NCBI GenBank assembly: GCA_025458665.1
Contig: JALOSG010000001.1
Coordinates: forward strand, 1-48,720
DNA length: 48,720 nucleotides
Direction of reading: 5' to 3'
Source of the DNA: Serpentinimonas sp.
Lineage (GTDB): Bacteria; Pseudomonadota; Gammaproteobacteria; Burkholderiales; Burkholderiaceae_C
Both the position numbers and the translations under genes were made by a program. The notes beneath the pieces were generated by a model, which was not told the origin of the DNA, did no database searches, and was given only the letters and a program-made list of their open reading frames with translations. Shown piece after piece: positions 30,000 through 39,131 of the stretch (position 1 is the first letter of the stretch; each line of letters starts with the position of its first letter).

Positions 30000-30880
30000 G
30001 CCCACCCCAGCGCGCGCTTGCGCCGCTCCATCATGCGCCAGATGAAGGGCGTGAAGATGAGTTGCATGGCCAGTTCCATCTTGCCGCCGGGCACCACGAT
30101 GGTGTTGGCGCGGCTCATCCAGGACCCGTTGATCATGTTGAGCAGGTACTGAAAATCGATGCCTTTGGGCTTGGCAAAGCGGATGACGACCATGCTCTCG
30201 TCGGCCGTGGGCACATCGCGGGCAATGAAGGGGTTGGAGGTATCCACCACCGGCACACGCTGGAAGTTCACGTGCGTATGCTCGAACTGCGGGCAGATGT
30301 AGTTCACATAGTCGGGCATGCGGCGCAGGATGGTGTCGGTCACGGCGTCGGCGCTGTAGCCACGCATGTTCTTGTCGCGCCACAGCTTCTGTATCCACTC
30401 CAGGTTGATGACGGGCACCACGCCCACCAGCAGGTCGGGGTACTGCGCCACATTGCATTCGGCGGTTTTCACGGCACCATGCAGCCCTTCGTAGAAGAGC
30501 ATGTCGGTCTCGGCGGGCAATGGCTCCCAGGGCGTGAAGGTGCCCGGTTCCTGCTGGTAGGGGGCGGCTTCCTCGGCGTTGTGCAGGTACTTGCGGCTCT
30601 TGCCCTGCCCGGTCTTGGAGTAGGTGCGGAACAAGGTCTCGATCTCGTCGAAGAGGTTGGAACTGGCCCCGAAGTGGCTGAAGTTCATGTTGCCCTCGGC
30701 CTCGGCCTCAGCGGCCTTCTGCTTCATCTCCTTGCGGTCGTAGCGGTGGTAGCTGTCCCCTTCCACAATGGCGGCGCGCACCCCTTCGCGGCGGAAAATG
30801 TTGGAGAAGGTGCGTGTGACGGTGGAGGTACCCGCGCCCGATGAACCGGTGATGGCGATGATGGGGTGGCGTTCGGACAT
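29996..30880 (-). CDS. prk: Phosphoribulokinase
   Basis: ORF 29996..31318(-) trimmed to ATG 30880 (RBS GGAGAC). Begins MSERHPIIAITGSSGAGTSTV (P-loop). Contains ...EGDSYHRYDR.EM... and ...FYEGLHG.... Confidence 0.93.
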   Translation of the reverse strand: MSERHPIIAITGSSGAGTSTVTRTFSNIFRREGVRAAIVEGDSYHRYDRKEMKQKAAEAEAEGNMNFSHFGASSNLFDEIETLFRTYSKTGQGKSRKYLHNAEEAAPYQQEPGTFTPWEPLPAETDMLFYEGLHGAVKTAECNVAQYPDLLVGVVPVINLEWIQKLWRDKNMRGYSADAVTDTILRRMPDYVNYICPQFEHTHVNFQRVPVVDTSNPFIARDVPTADESMVVIRFAKPKGIDFQYLLNMINGSWMSRANTIVVPGGKMELAMQLIFTPFIWRMMERRKRALGWA

Positions 30881-30900
30881 GAAGTCTCCAGAGCAAAGGG

Positions 30901-32016
30901 TCAGTCGCGGAACAGGCTGCGTTCGGCAAACAGGGGGTTGTTGTCGAGGTAAGCCGATGGCTCCTGGTGGTATCGCTCTATGCGCTCCACCTCGTTGCGC
31001 GAGCCGAAGATGAACGGAATGCGCTGGTGCAATTCCTTGGGCCGCACGGCCAGCACCGGCGCATGCCCGGTGCTGGCGCGGCCGCCGGCCTGTTCCATGA
31101 TCATGGCAATGGGGTTGGCCTCGTACAGCAGGCGCAGCCGGCCCGGTTTGCCTGGGTCCTTGGTGTCGCGCGGGTACATGAACACCCCGCCCCGCATGAG
31201 GATGCGGTGCGCCTCGGCCACCATGGAAGCGATCCAGCGCATGTTGAAATCTTTGCCGCGCACGCCAGTGCGTCCGGCCAGGCACTCGTCCACGTAGCGC
31301 TTCACGGGCGCTTCCCAAAAGCGGGAGTTGGACGCATTGATGGCGAATTCCTGCGTATCGGCCGGCACCCGAATGTTGTGGTGCGTGAGCTTGAACTCAC
31401 CCAGGTTGGGGTCGAGCGTGAATCCGTGCACCCCCGTACCCACGGTAAGCACCAGCATGGTGGTGGGTCCATAGAGCGCGTAGCCCGCCGCCATTTGCTG
31501 GGCGCCGGGTTGCAAGAAATCTTCCCGGGTGATCTCGCGTCCGCTGTCTATGGTGTCCTGCGGGGCACGCAAGATGGAGAAGATGCTGCCCACCGACACG
31601 TTCACATCGATATTGCTGGAACCATCGAGCGGATCGAACACCAGCAGGTACTTGCCACGCGGGTACTGCGGGGGAATGGGGTAAGGCTCCTCCATTTCCT
31701 CCGAGGCCATGCCCGCCAAGTGCCCGCCCCACTCGTTGGCCCGGATGAACATCTCGTTGCTGACGACGTCGAGTTTCTTCTGCTCCTCGCCCTGCACATT
31801 GATGCTGGCAGCGCCGCTCTCCTCGCCCGCGGCGGTACGCGCCACGTAGTTGCCCAGCATGTCACCGAGCGCGCCAAAGGCTACCGAGCGTGCAATGGCC
31901 TTGCAGGCCAGCGCCACATCGAGCACCAGGGCGTTGAAGTCGCCACTGGCCGAGGGAAAACGGCGCCGCTCTTCGATCAGAAACTGCGTGAGTGTGGAGC
32001 GTTGCGACAGGGGCAT
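30901..32016 (-). CDS. fbp: Class 1 fructose-1,6-bisphosphatase (CbbF; probably also sedoheptulose bisphosphatase)
   Basis: ORF 30901..32016(-). Contains [10 protein letters not shown], the metal site [23 protein letters not shown] and ...[16 protein letters not shown]. Confidence 0.93.
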   Translation of the reverse strand: MPLSQRSTLTQFLIEERRRFPSASGDFNALVLDVALACKAIARSVAFGALGDMLGNYVARTAAGEESGAASINVQGEEQKKLDVVSNEMFIRANEWGGHLAGMASEEMEEPYPIPPQYPRGKYLLVFDPLDGSSNIDVNVSVGSIFSILRAPQDTIDSGREITREDFLQPGAQQMAAGYALYGPTTMLVLTVGTGVHGFTLDPNLGEFKLTHHNIRVPADTQEFAINASNSRFWEAPVKRYVDECLAGRTGVRGKDFNMRWIASMVAEAHRILMRGGVFMYPRDTKDPGKPGRLRLLYEANPIAMIMEQAGGRASTGHAPVLAVRPKELHQRIPFIFGSRNEVERIERYHQEPSAYLDNNPLFAERSLFRD

Positions 32017-32081
32017 GGCGTACTTTGTGGAATGGCGGATTCTTGGGAATGGTGGGTGGTGCTACGGGGAGAACTCCGTGG

Positions 32082-32792
32082 TCAGCCCTGGTCCAGCCAC
32101 TGGGCCAGCTCCGGCAGCGTGAGCAGTTCCAGATTGGGCAGCACCCGCAGTGCGCCGGCAAAGTTGTGGTGCGCGGTAAAGCTGTTGGGCGTGATGACAG
32201 TGGCCAACCCAGCACCCCGCGCCGACTTCAATCCGTTGGCCGAATCCTCGAAGGCCACGCAATCGCGCGCGGGCAGGCCCAGCCGCGCCAGCGTTTGCAG
32301 GTACACCTGGGGGTGTGGCTTCTTGTTCGGCGCGGTGGACGCATCTTCCACCACCGCAAAGTAACTGGCCCAGTCCGGGCCTATGGCGGTTCGCAGCAAC
32401 GCTGCAATATTCACCGGCGAGGTGGTGGTGGCAATCGCCATCTTCACGGAAGCATTCGCTGCGGCCTGAATGAGCCGCAGCACGCCAGGGCGCAGCGCCA
32501 CAGCGCCATCGAGCACTGCCTGTTCGTAGGCCGCGGTCTTGATGGCATGCAGGTGGTCGATGGTGGCCCGCAGCGCGGTGCCACCAATGTCGGTGATGTC
32601 GCCATTCACCTCCCGCCAGTAGTGCGCAATCCGCTCCTTGCCACCGGAGACTTCGAGCAGCCGCGTGTAGGTGGGCACATCCCACACCCAGTCCATGCCT
32701 TCAACCGCAAACGCGTGATTGAAGGCCTGCAGGTGGACCATTTCGGTATCGGCCAGGGTGCCATCGACGTCGAAGATGAGAGCTGAAAGCAT
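32082..32792 (-). CDS. cbbY: HAD-family phosphatase CbbY (xylulose-1,5-bisphosphate phosphatase type)
   Basis: ORF 32082..32792(-). Begins MLSALIFDVDGTLADTE..H..AFN.AF...G.DW.WD...Y..LL...GGKERI, which is typical of CbbY. It is the first gene of the operon divergent from cbbR. Confidence 0.85.
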   Translation of the reverse strand: MLSALIFDVDGTLADTEMVHLQAFNHAFAVEGMDWVWDVPTYTRLLEVSGGKERIAHYWREVNGDITDIGGTALRATIDHLHAIKTAAYEQAVLDGAVALRPGVLRLIQAAANASVKMAIATTTSPVNIAALLRTAIGPDWASYFAVVEDASTAPNKKPHPQVYLQTLARLGLPARDCVAFEDSANGLKSARGAGLATVITPNSFTAHHNFAGALRVLPNLELLTLPELAQWLDQG

Positions 32793-32864
32793 GCGTGAAT
32801 CCTGAAAAAGGCCCGTCGGTGCTGTGTCGATGGCAGCGAAAACGGACCATTAGCACTATAAGAA

Positions 32865-32882
32865 TTACCTTAACTAAGGTAA
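32865..32882. promoter_or_regulatory. Putative CbbR operator in the cbbR1/cbbY intergenic region
   Basis: TTACCTT-AACT-AAGGTAA is a perfect 7-bp inverted repeat. It contains TTA-N7-TAA, matching the LysR T-N11-A / CbbR TNA-N7-TNA pattern. It sits in a locally AT-rich 128-bp divergent intergenic region. Confidence 0.5.
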
Positions 32883-32920
32883 ATTCACGATTAATGCGGC
32901 ATCAATTAAGGACATTGTGA

Positions 32921-33853
32921 ATGAAAAATGCCACCTTCCGACAACTGCGGGTGTTCACCGAAGTGGCCAAACACCTGAGTTTTTCTCGCGCCGCCAAAGA
33001 ACTGCATTTGACGCCGCCTGCCGTGACCATGCAAGTGAAGGAACTGGAGGGCCACGTGGGGCTGCCCCTGTTCGAACGCAATGGCCGGCAGGTGGGACTG
33101 ACCACCGCCGGGGAGTACATGCTGGTGTACGCACGCAAGATGCTGGCCACCCTGAAGGATGCGGAGGACGCTGCGGCCCGATTACAGCGGCTGGAAATTG
33201 GCACGCTGACCATAGGCATGGTGAGCACGGCCAAGTACTTCCTGCCGCGCCTGCTGGCCGAGTTCAAGCACGAGCACGAGGGTGTGGAGATCAAGCTGGC
33301 GGTGGGCAACCGCGCCCAGCTGGTGAAGATGCTGCACGGCAATGAGGTGGACATTGCCATCATGGGCCGCCCGCCTACCGAACTGGCCACCCGCGCAGAG
33401 CCGTTCGCGGCCCACCCGCATGTGTTTGTGGCCCCCACCGACCACCCCCTGCTGCGCATAGGTCACCCCAATGTGGACGCACTGCGCCCCTATGGCTTCG
33501 TGCTGCGCGAACCGGGTTCGGGCACCCGTGCCGCCATGGAAACGTTTCTGGCCCCGTTCCGGCTGGAGCCGCGCGTGGTCATGGAGACCGCCAGCAACGA
33601 AACCATCAAGCAGGCGGTCATGGCGGGCATGGGCATCAGCTTTCTGTCGCTGCACACCATAGGGCTGGAGCTGGAACACCGCCTGATTGCGCGGCTGGAC
33701 GTGGAAGGCACGCCCGTGGTGCGGGCTTGGAATGTGGTGCACACTTTGTCTAAGCTGCTGTCGCCGGCGGCCGAGGCTTTCCGCTACTTCATGCTGGAGC
33801 GAGCCGAAAGCCACCTGGCCGCCAAGTTTGGCCGGCTGCTCGATCTGCCCTGA
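32921..33853 (+). CDS. cbbR: LysR-family transcriptional regulator CbbR (copy 1)
   Basis: ORF 32921..33853(+). The N-terminal HTH is FRQLRVFTEVAKHLSFSRAAKELHLTPPAVTMQVKELE. It is divergent from the cbbY-fbp-prk-gph operon. Confidence 0.88.
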   Translation: MKNATFRQLRVFTEVAKHLSFSRAAKELHLTPPAVTMQVKELEGHVGLPLFERNGRQVGLTTAGEYMLVYARKMLATLKDAEDAAARLQRLEIGTLTIGMVSTAKYFLPRLLAEFKHEHEGVEIKLAVGNRAQLVKMLHGNEVDIAIMGRPPTELATRAEPFAAHPHVFVAPTDHPLLRIGHPNVDALRPYGFVLREPGSGTRAAMETFLAPFRLEPRVVMETASNETIKQAVMAGMGISFLSLHTIGLELEHRLIARLDVEGTPVVRAWNVVHTLSKLLSPAAEAFRYFMLERAESHLAAKFGRLLDLP

Positions 33854-33902
33854 CGGCGCGGCAGAACCGGAACCACCCCAGCCAGTCCCGACCCCAACAC
33901 GC

Positions 33903-34682
33903 ATGCAACACCGCTACCCAGCTTCCCTGACTGCCCTTCAGGCCACTCTGCAGCGCCACCCGCTGCTGTGGGCTGTGTGTATGGCGCTGGCTGCGGTGCT
34001 GCTGCTCTCGGGCTGCACTGCGTGGCGCCTGACCCAGGCCGCCGAACTGACCCGCGAGAGCCAGCCACTGCAACACCGCCCCGCCAACGCCGTGCACCGC
34101 CTGCTGCTGGTGGGCGACAGCACCGGCGTGGGCACCGGCGCCAGTTCTCCGCAGGGCAGCGTGGCGGGCTACCTGGCACAGGACTTTCCCCGCCTCTGGA
34201 TAGACAACCGGGCCCGCGATGGCGCCCGCTTTGCCCAGGTGGAACAGCAACTGGCCAGCACCAGTGAACGCTTCGACGCCGTGCTGATCATGGCGGGTGG
34301 CAACGATGTGATCCGCGGCACCGATGCCCCGACCCTGCAAGCGCAGGTGGAGCGCTCCATTGCGCTGGCCAGGCGCAGGGCAGACCACGTGGTGCTGATG
34401 CCGGCCGGCAACGTAGGCAACGCACCGTTCTTCTTCGCGCCGCTCGCCGGCATCATGGAGCGCCGCTCCCGCACCTTGCACGAACAGCTGCGGGCCTTGG
34501 CGGCACGCGAAGGCGTGGTGTACGTAGACCTGTTCAAGGAGCGCGATGCCGACCCCTTCGTGGCCAACGCGGCACTCAACTCCCGCGACGGCCTGCACCC
34601 CAGCGACGCGGGCTACCGCGTGTGGTACGACCTGCTGCTGGCCCAGACCGACTGGGCTGAGCGCTGGAACCCGGCGCGCTGA
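33903..34682 (+). CDS. SGNH/GDSL-family hydrolase, probable lipoprotein
   Basis: ORF 33687..34682 trimmed to ATG 33903. Has lipobox LLLSG|C. SGNH blocks are LLLVGDSTGVG (I), MAGGNDV (III) and DGLHPSDAGY (V). Confidence 0.75.
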   Translation: MQHRYPASLTALQATLQRHPLLWAVCMALAAVLLLSGCTAWRLTQAAELTRESQPLQHRPANAVHRLLLVGDSTGVGTGASSPQGSVAGYLAQDFPRLWIDNRARDGARFAQVEQQLASTSERFDAVLIMAGGNDVIRGTDAPTLQAQVERSIALARRRADHVVLMPAGNVGNAPFFFAPLAGIMERRSRTLHEQLRALAAREGVVYVDLFKERDADPFVANAALNSRDGLHPSDAGYRVWYDLLLAQTDWAERWNPAR

Positions 34683-34731
34683 GTCTGTGCGGTAACCCGG
34701 TAGCGCACAGGATTTTGTGGCTTGCGGCACC

Positions 34732-35478
34732 ATGCACAGCATGCAAACCCGCACACCATTTACATCGCTGCTGCTCCTGGTTGCGCTGGGCGTGGCACAC
34801 CCCACCACCCATGCCACCCTCTCCCCACAAGCAGATCGCGTGGACCTGGGCACATTCCAGATAGACCGCGCCGAGGTCACCATTGCGCAGTTCCAGCGCT
34901 ACGCCGAAGCCACCGGCGTGCGCACACAGGCCGAGCGCGAGGGCGGCGGCTTCGAATACGTGGGCGGCTGGCAACGCCGCGCCGGCTGGACTTGGCGCAC
35001 CCCCGATGGCGTAGCCCCCGCCAGCCCACAACTCCCGGCCGTGCACCTGACTTACGCAGAAGCAGCCGCCTACTGCCAGTGGGCGGGTGGCCGCCTGCCC
35101 ACTGCCGCCGAGTGGCTGAGCGCGGCTTACACCGAGCAGCGGGGCGCGCCACCTGCACCTTTCGTGCGCGGCCAGACTTACCCCTACCCCACCGGAGCTA
35201 GTCCGGACGGCGCCAACACCAGCGGCACAGACCCCTGGCCACGCGCTGCACCCGCGGGCGCCACAGTGCCTGGCGTGAACGGCCTGTACGACATGGGGGC
35301 CAACGCCTGGGAATGGGTGTCCGACCAGCGCGGCACAGGAAGCAGCGAGGAACGCCGCACCATGGGCGGCTCGTGGTGGTACGGCGCATCGCAAATGCGC
35401 GCCAGCGTGGATGCATGGAAGGCCGCCAGCTTCTATGCGGTCTACATTGGTATGCGCTGCGCTTACGACAAACGCTAG
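34732..35478 (+). CDS. Secreted FGE/SUMF1-fold (formylglycine-generating-enzyme family) protein lacking the catalytic Cys pair
   Basis: ORF 34717(GTG)..35478 trimmed to ATG 34732. Has the signal peptide ...TSLLLLVALGVAHPTTHA. FGE-sulfatase motifs are VTIAQFQRYAEATG, HLTYAEAAAYCQWAGGRLPTAAEW, NGLYDMGANAWEWVSD, MGGSWWY and GMRCA. There is no CxxxxC pair between GGSWW and RCA. Confidence 0.75.
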   Translation: MHSMQTRTPFTSLLLLVALGVAHPTTHATLSPQADRVDLGTFQIDRAEVTIAQFQRYAEATGVRTQAEREGGGFEYVGGWQRRAGWTWRTPDGVAPASPQLPAVHLTYAEAAAYCQWAGGRLPTAAEWLSAAYTEQRGAPPAPFVRGQTYPYPTGASPDGANTSGTDPWPRAAPAGATVPGVNGLYDMGANAWEWVSDQRGTGSSEERRTMGGSWWYGASQMRASVDAWKAASFYAVYIGMRCAYDKR

Positions 35479-35483
35479 GTGCG

Positions 35484-35520
35484 CTGCCGCAGGTTGGCCA
35501 ACCGGGCAGTGAAGCGGCAG
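35484..35520. terminator. GC-rich palindromic hairpin between the convergent FGE-like and cbbO genes
   Basis: CTGCC-gca-GGTTGGCCAACC-g-GGCAG, alternatively the outer stem CTGCCGC...GCGGCAG. There is no flanking T-run, so terminator function is uncertain. Confidence 0.3.
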
Positions 35521-35521
35521 G

Positions 35522-37897
35522 TCAACGGGTGAGGCTCGCGTACAGCAGCGGTAGCTTTTCTGGCAGCCGCTCCACGCGGTCCACCACCATGAAATTGCGC
35601 GCACCAAAAATCCGGCTCACGTAGTCGTCGGCGCGCGGGTCCAGGCTCAGGCAGAACGCGCTCACGCCGAGGCGGGAGGCCTGTTCCACGGCTTTCCTGG
35701 CATCGTGGCGCAGGTACTGCGGGTCGCGCACATCCACATCGGCGGGCTCGCCGTCGGTCATCACCAGCAGCAGCTTCCTGGCCGAGCGTTGCGCGTGCAG
35801 CGCGTGCGCCGCATGGCGCAGGGCGGCGCCCATGCGTGTGGAGAGCTTGCCCGTCATGCCGGCCAGGCGCGCCTTGGGCAGGTCGTTGTAGGGCTCGTGA
35901 AAGTCCTTGAAGCGCCAGTAGCTCACATCATGGCGGCCGTTGGAGCAGAAGCCATGGATAGCGAAGGGGGCGCCCACCTTGCCCATGGCGTCGGCCAGGA
36001 GCACGCAGGCCTGCCGGGTCAGGTCCAGCACGGTGCGGTCCTGCCCCGCCACGCGCTCGTTGGTGGACTCCGACAAATCCATCAGCACCAGCACCGAGAT
36101 GTCGCGCGTCTTGCGTACGTTGCGCATCATGGTGCGCGTATCCGGCGGGCGGCCCATGCGCTGCGCCACCGCCGCATCGAGCGCGGCGTTCAGGTCGATC
36201 TCGTCGCCGTCTTCCAGCTTGCGCTGGCGCTGCACGCCCTGCGGCTGCAAGGCCTCCAGCAGGTATTTCATACGGCCAATGAGCGGGCGGTGTTCGGCCA
36301 CTATGGCTTGCACCACCGCCACATCGCCCAACGCGGCCGGCCGCTCCTGCACGGTGGCCCAGCCGGGGCGCTCCAACTGGATCATGTGGTCCCATTCGGG
36401 GTAGTGCACTGGCGCGGCCACGGGCGGCTTGCCCTCGCTCTGGTTGAAGGACACTCCCAGGTCTTCGTAGGGGAACAGCTCGGTGCCCAGCACCCACACT
36501 TCCTGCGCGTCGTCACCGGCACCCTCCACCTCCAGCTCGTTCACGAACTCCATCAGGTTCACGTGCTTGCGCACCTGCCTGGGCGGCGCGTAGCCAGCGG
36601 CCAGCGCGCGCTCGGCGTCGAAGCCGGTGAAGGCCCAGAAGTAGCGGTTGTCGTCGCGGTAGGGGGCGGTCTGCACATCGGTGCGGGGCTGGAAGGTGGG
36701 CGCGGCGCCGTGGGCAAAGTGGCTGCGGAAGGTGTGTGCCAGTTGCAGGGCAACCTGCCATGAAGCACTGCGCGTGTGGGGTTGCGCCAGCACCTGGGGC
36801 AAGGCCATGGCCCACAGCGCACGGCCCTGCTGCACCCACGGGTGCAGGTCCTGGTAGTCGGGGTCCAGCAGGGCGCGGGCCAGCCGGCTCAGGCAGTCCC
36901 CGGCGGTGGGCGGCGCGGGGCTGGGGGCGGCCACATGCAGCGATGCCCACAGCGCCTGCAAGCCTGGAAACTGGGCCACCGCCAGGGCTTCCACCCGGGC
37001 GTCCTCCAGCACGCCCAGCACTGCCATCTGCCAGGCACTGAGCGCCTGGGCAGATACCGGCTCGCGGGTGTAGACCATGTGCGCCGCCGCATGTGCGGCC
37101 GCCGCACGGTACAACTCGGTGGCCTCCACCGTACCGGCAGGCCCGGCGAACGCATCGTAGGCATCGGGCAGGTGAATGACATAGTCTTCAACGAAGGGCC
37201 GGTAGCCCTCGCGGGCTCCAAAGTCCCCAGCGGTGGGGCGCAGGTAGAAGTCGCGACCCCACAGTGCGCGCAGGTACATATGAATGCGGCGCTGCACATC
37301 CACCAGCAGCGTGCCCTTGCGTTCCTGCTGCAGCATGGCCAGGGAGTCGCGGGACTCCAGCCCGAAGTAGCGGATTTGCTCCTCGAACTGCGTGCGGTGG
37401 GCTTGTGCACCCCAGGTGGCCCAGCGTCGCAAACCGCCCAGGGTGAGCTGGCCCAGCAACACATCGAGCTGGCCCAGCATGGGCCGCAAGCCGCGCGGCG
37501 CCTGCGCCAGCAGCGTGTTGAGGAACTGCAGGTACTGCAGGAACAACGCACTGTCGGCCAGCCGGCGTGCGGCAGTGGGCGCGGTGCCCAGCACGCGTTC
37601 GATGACTGCCCCCGAAGTGCGGGATGCCATAGACAGCGCGGCGGCGGCCAGTTCGCCCACCGCGTCCTCGCCCACCTCGCGCGCCACCTGCGGTGCGGCC
37701 TCTATCCAGGTGTGCACCAAGCCGTCACCCCGCCCCAGGCCGTGCAAGGCCGCCGCACCTTTCACATAGTTGTCCAGCCCGCGGGCAGAGAACACCTTGC
37801 TGGCATCGGCCCAGTGCCGCTCCAGCAGCTCGCGGGCGCTAGCTTCCAGCGTATCGGTCCACTCGGCATGGTCGCCCCAGGTTCCGGATGGCAACAC
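35522..37897 (-). CDS. cbbO: RuBisCO activase adaptor CbbO (VWA-domain protein, NorD-like)
   Basis: ORF 35522..37897(-), GTG start, 791 aa. The C-terminal von Willebrand A domain carries the MIDAS motif LVLMDLSESTN. It lies directly downstream of cbbQ. Confidence 0.88.
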   Translation of the reverse strand: MLPSGTWGDHAEWTDTLEASARELLERHWADASKVFSARGLDNYVKGAAALHGLGRGDGLVHTWIEAAPQVAREVGEDAVGELAAAALSMASRTSGAVIERVLGTAPTAARRLADSALFLQYLQFLNTLLAQAPRGLRPMLGQLDVLLGQLTLGGLRRWATWGAQAHRTQFEEQIRYFGLESRDSLAMLQQERKGTLLVDVQRRIHMYLRALWGRDFYLRPTAGDFGAREGYRPFVEDYVIHLPDAYDAFAGPAGTVEATELYRAAAAHAAAHMVYTREPVSAQALSAWQMAVLGVLEDARVEALAVAQFPGLQALWASLHVAAPSPAPPTAGDCLSRLARALLDPDYQDLHPWVQQGRALWAMALPQVLAQPHTRSASWQVALQLAHTFRSHFAHGAAPTFQPRTDVQTAPYRDDNRYFWAFTGFDAERALAAGYAPPRQVRKHVNLMEFVNELEVEGAGDDAQEVWVLGTELFPYEDLGVSFNQSEGKPPVAAPVHYPEWDHMIQLERPGWATVQERPAALGDVAVVQAIVAEHRPLIGRMKYLLEALQPQGVQRQRKLEDGDEIDLNAALDAAVAQRMGRPPDTRTMMRNVRKTRDISVLVLMDLSESTNERVAGQDRTVLDLTRQACVLLADAMGKVGAPFAIHGFCSNGRHDVSYWRFKDFHEPYNDLPKARLAGMTGKLSTRMGAALRHAAHALHAQRSARKLLLVMTDGEPADVDVRDPQYLRHDARKAVEQASRLGVSAFCLSLDPRADDYVSRIFGARNFMVVDRVERLPEKLPLLYASLTR

Positions 37898-37918
37898 CGC
37901 GCTACACCCGCTGTGGCA

Positions 37919-38722
37919 TCAGAAGAAGGTGCACACCGCGGCGTCCAGTGCGTCGCGCATGTCCGGGTCGTCGGTGAGGGGGCGCACCAACGCCATGCGG
38001 CAGGCGGCCTGTGCATCTACCCCTTGCGCCATGAGGCTGCCCGCGTGGATGAGCATGCGGGTGGAAATGCCTTCGTCCAGCCCGTGGCCCTTGAGGTTGC
38101 GCGCACGCTCGGCAATGCCCACCAGCTTGCCTGCCACCGGCAACGCCACACCCGCTTCGTGCGCCACGATGTCGGTCTCCAGCGCGCGTGCGGGGTAGCT
38201 GAAATCGAGCGCGCCAAAGCGCTGCTTGGTGGACTGCTTCAGGTCCTTCATGAGGCTCTGGTAGCCCGGGTTGTAGGAAATCACAATCTGGAAGTCGGGG
38301 TGGGCGCGCAGCAACTCGCCCTTCTTCTCCAGCGGCAACACACGGCGGCTGTCGGTGAGCGGGTGGATCACCACCGTGGTGTCCTGGCGCGCTTCCACCA
38401 CCTCATCGAGGTAGCAGATGGCGCCGTGCCGCGCGGCCAGGGCCAGCGGGCCGTCCTGCCAGCGCGTGCCGTTGGCATCGAGCAGGAAGCGGCCCACCAG
38501 GTCGGAGGCGGTCATGTCCTCGTTGCAGGCCACGGTAATGAGTGGCTTGCCCAGTTGGTAGGCCATGTACTCCACAAAGCGCGTTTTGCCGCAACCGGTG
38601 GGGCCCTTCAGCATCATGGGCATGCGCACCGAATAGGCGGCCTGGTACAGCGCCACCTCATCGGCCACTGGCCGGTAGTAGGGCTCGCGGGTGATGCGGT
38701 AATCGTCCAGCGGGTGGCTCAC
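37919..38722 (-). CDS. cbbQ: RuBisCO activase CbbQ (MoxR-type AAA+ ATPase, NorQ/NirQ-like)
   Basis: ORF 37919..38902(-) trimmed to GTG 38722 ([19 protein letters not shown]...), 14 nt after the cbbS stop, giving ~267 aa. Contains Walker [19 protein letters not shown] and Walker [11 protein letters not shown]. Confidence 0.9.
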   Translation of the reverse strand: MSHPLDDYRITREPYYRPVADEVALYQAAYSVRMPMMLKGPTGCGKTRFVEYMAYQLGKPLITVACNEDMTASDLVGRFLLDANGTRWQDGPLALAARHGAICYLDEVVEARQDTTVVIHPLTDSRRVLPLEKKGELLRAHPDFQIVISYNPGYQSLMKDLKQSTKQRFGALDFSYPARALETDIVAHEAGVALPVAGKLVGIAERARNLKGHGLDEGISTRMLIHAGSLMAQGVDAQAACRMALVRPLTDDPDMRDALDAAVCTFF

Positions 38723-38736
38723 GGCGGCCCCTGGGT

Positions 38737-39084
38737 TCACACGGTCTTGCCGCGGTAAATCACCATGCTCGCCCCCTGCGACTGGGTGAAGTTGTTGTAG
38801 CCAATCAGGCGCACGTGGTTGTCTGGGTTGGCCTGGTGGCAGGCCTCGCACTCCTGCAGGATGCGGCCCACATCGGTCTCGCCAAACATGGGCAGCTTCC
38901 ACATGTACCAGTAGGAGTCCATGAGGTACTGCGGCTCGATGTGTTCCACCGCCGGGTTCCAGCCCTGCGCCACGATGTAGGCCACCTGCTTGCGGATTTC
39001 ATCGGCCGTCATGGCAGGCAGGTAGGAGAAGGTTTCGAACTTGCGGCTGGCGGGGTCCGAGAGGCGCGAGGGATAGTCTTGCAT
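38737..39084 (-). CDS. cbbS: RuBisCO small subunit (form IA)
   Basis: This is the 3' part of ORF 38737..40002(-), with ATG 39084. Begins [48 protein letters not shown].... Length is 115 aa. Confidence 0.93.
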   Translation of the reverse strand: MQDYPSRLSDPASRKFETFSYLPAMTADEIRKQVAYIVAQGWNPAVEHIEPQYLMDSYWYMWKLPMFGETDVGRILQECEACHQANPDNHVRLIGYNNFTQSQGASMVIYRGKTV

Positions 39085-39131
39085 GGCGGTGTCCTTGGGA
39101 TGGGGGTGTTGAAACGTGGTGACCAACGGGC

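Noticed and set aside
32850-32857. TTAGCACT, which matches the left half of the HrcA CIRCE operator (TTAGCACTC-N9-GAGTGCTAA).
   Set aside because: There is no inverted right half-site within the expected spacing. It lies in the cbbR/cbbY control region, so it is probably coincidental.
36776-38758. 660-aa plus-strand ORF.
   Set aside because: It is antisense to cbbO/cbbQ, which carry clear VWA/MIDAS and AAA+ motifs. It is a shadow ORF.
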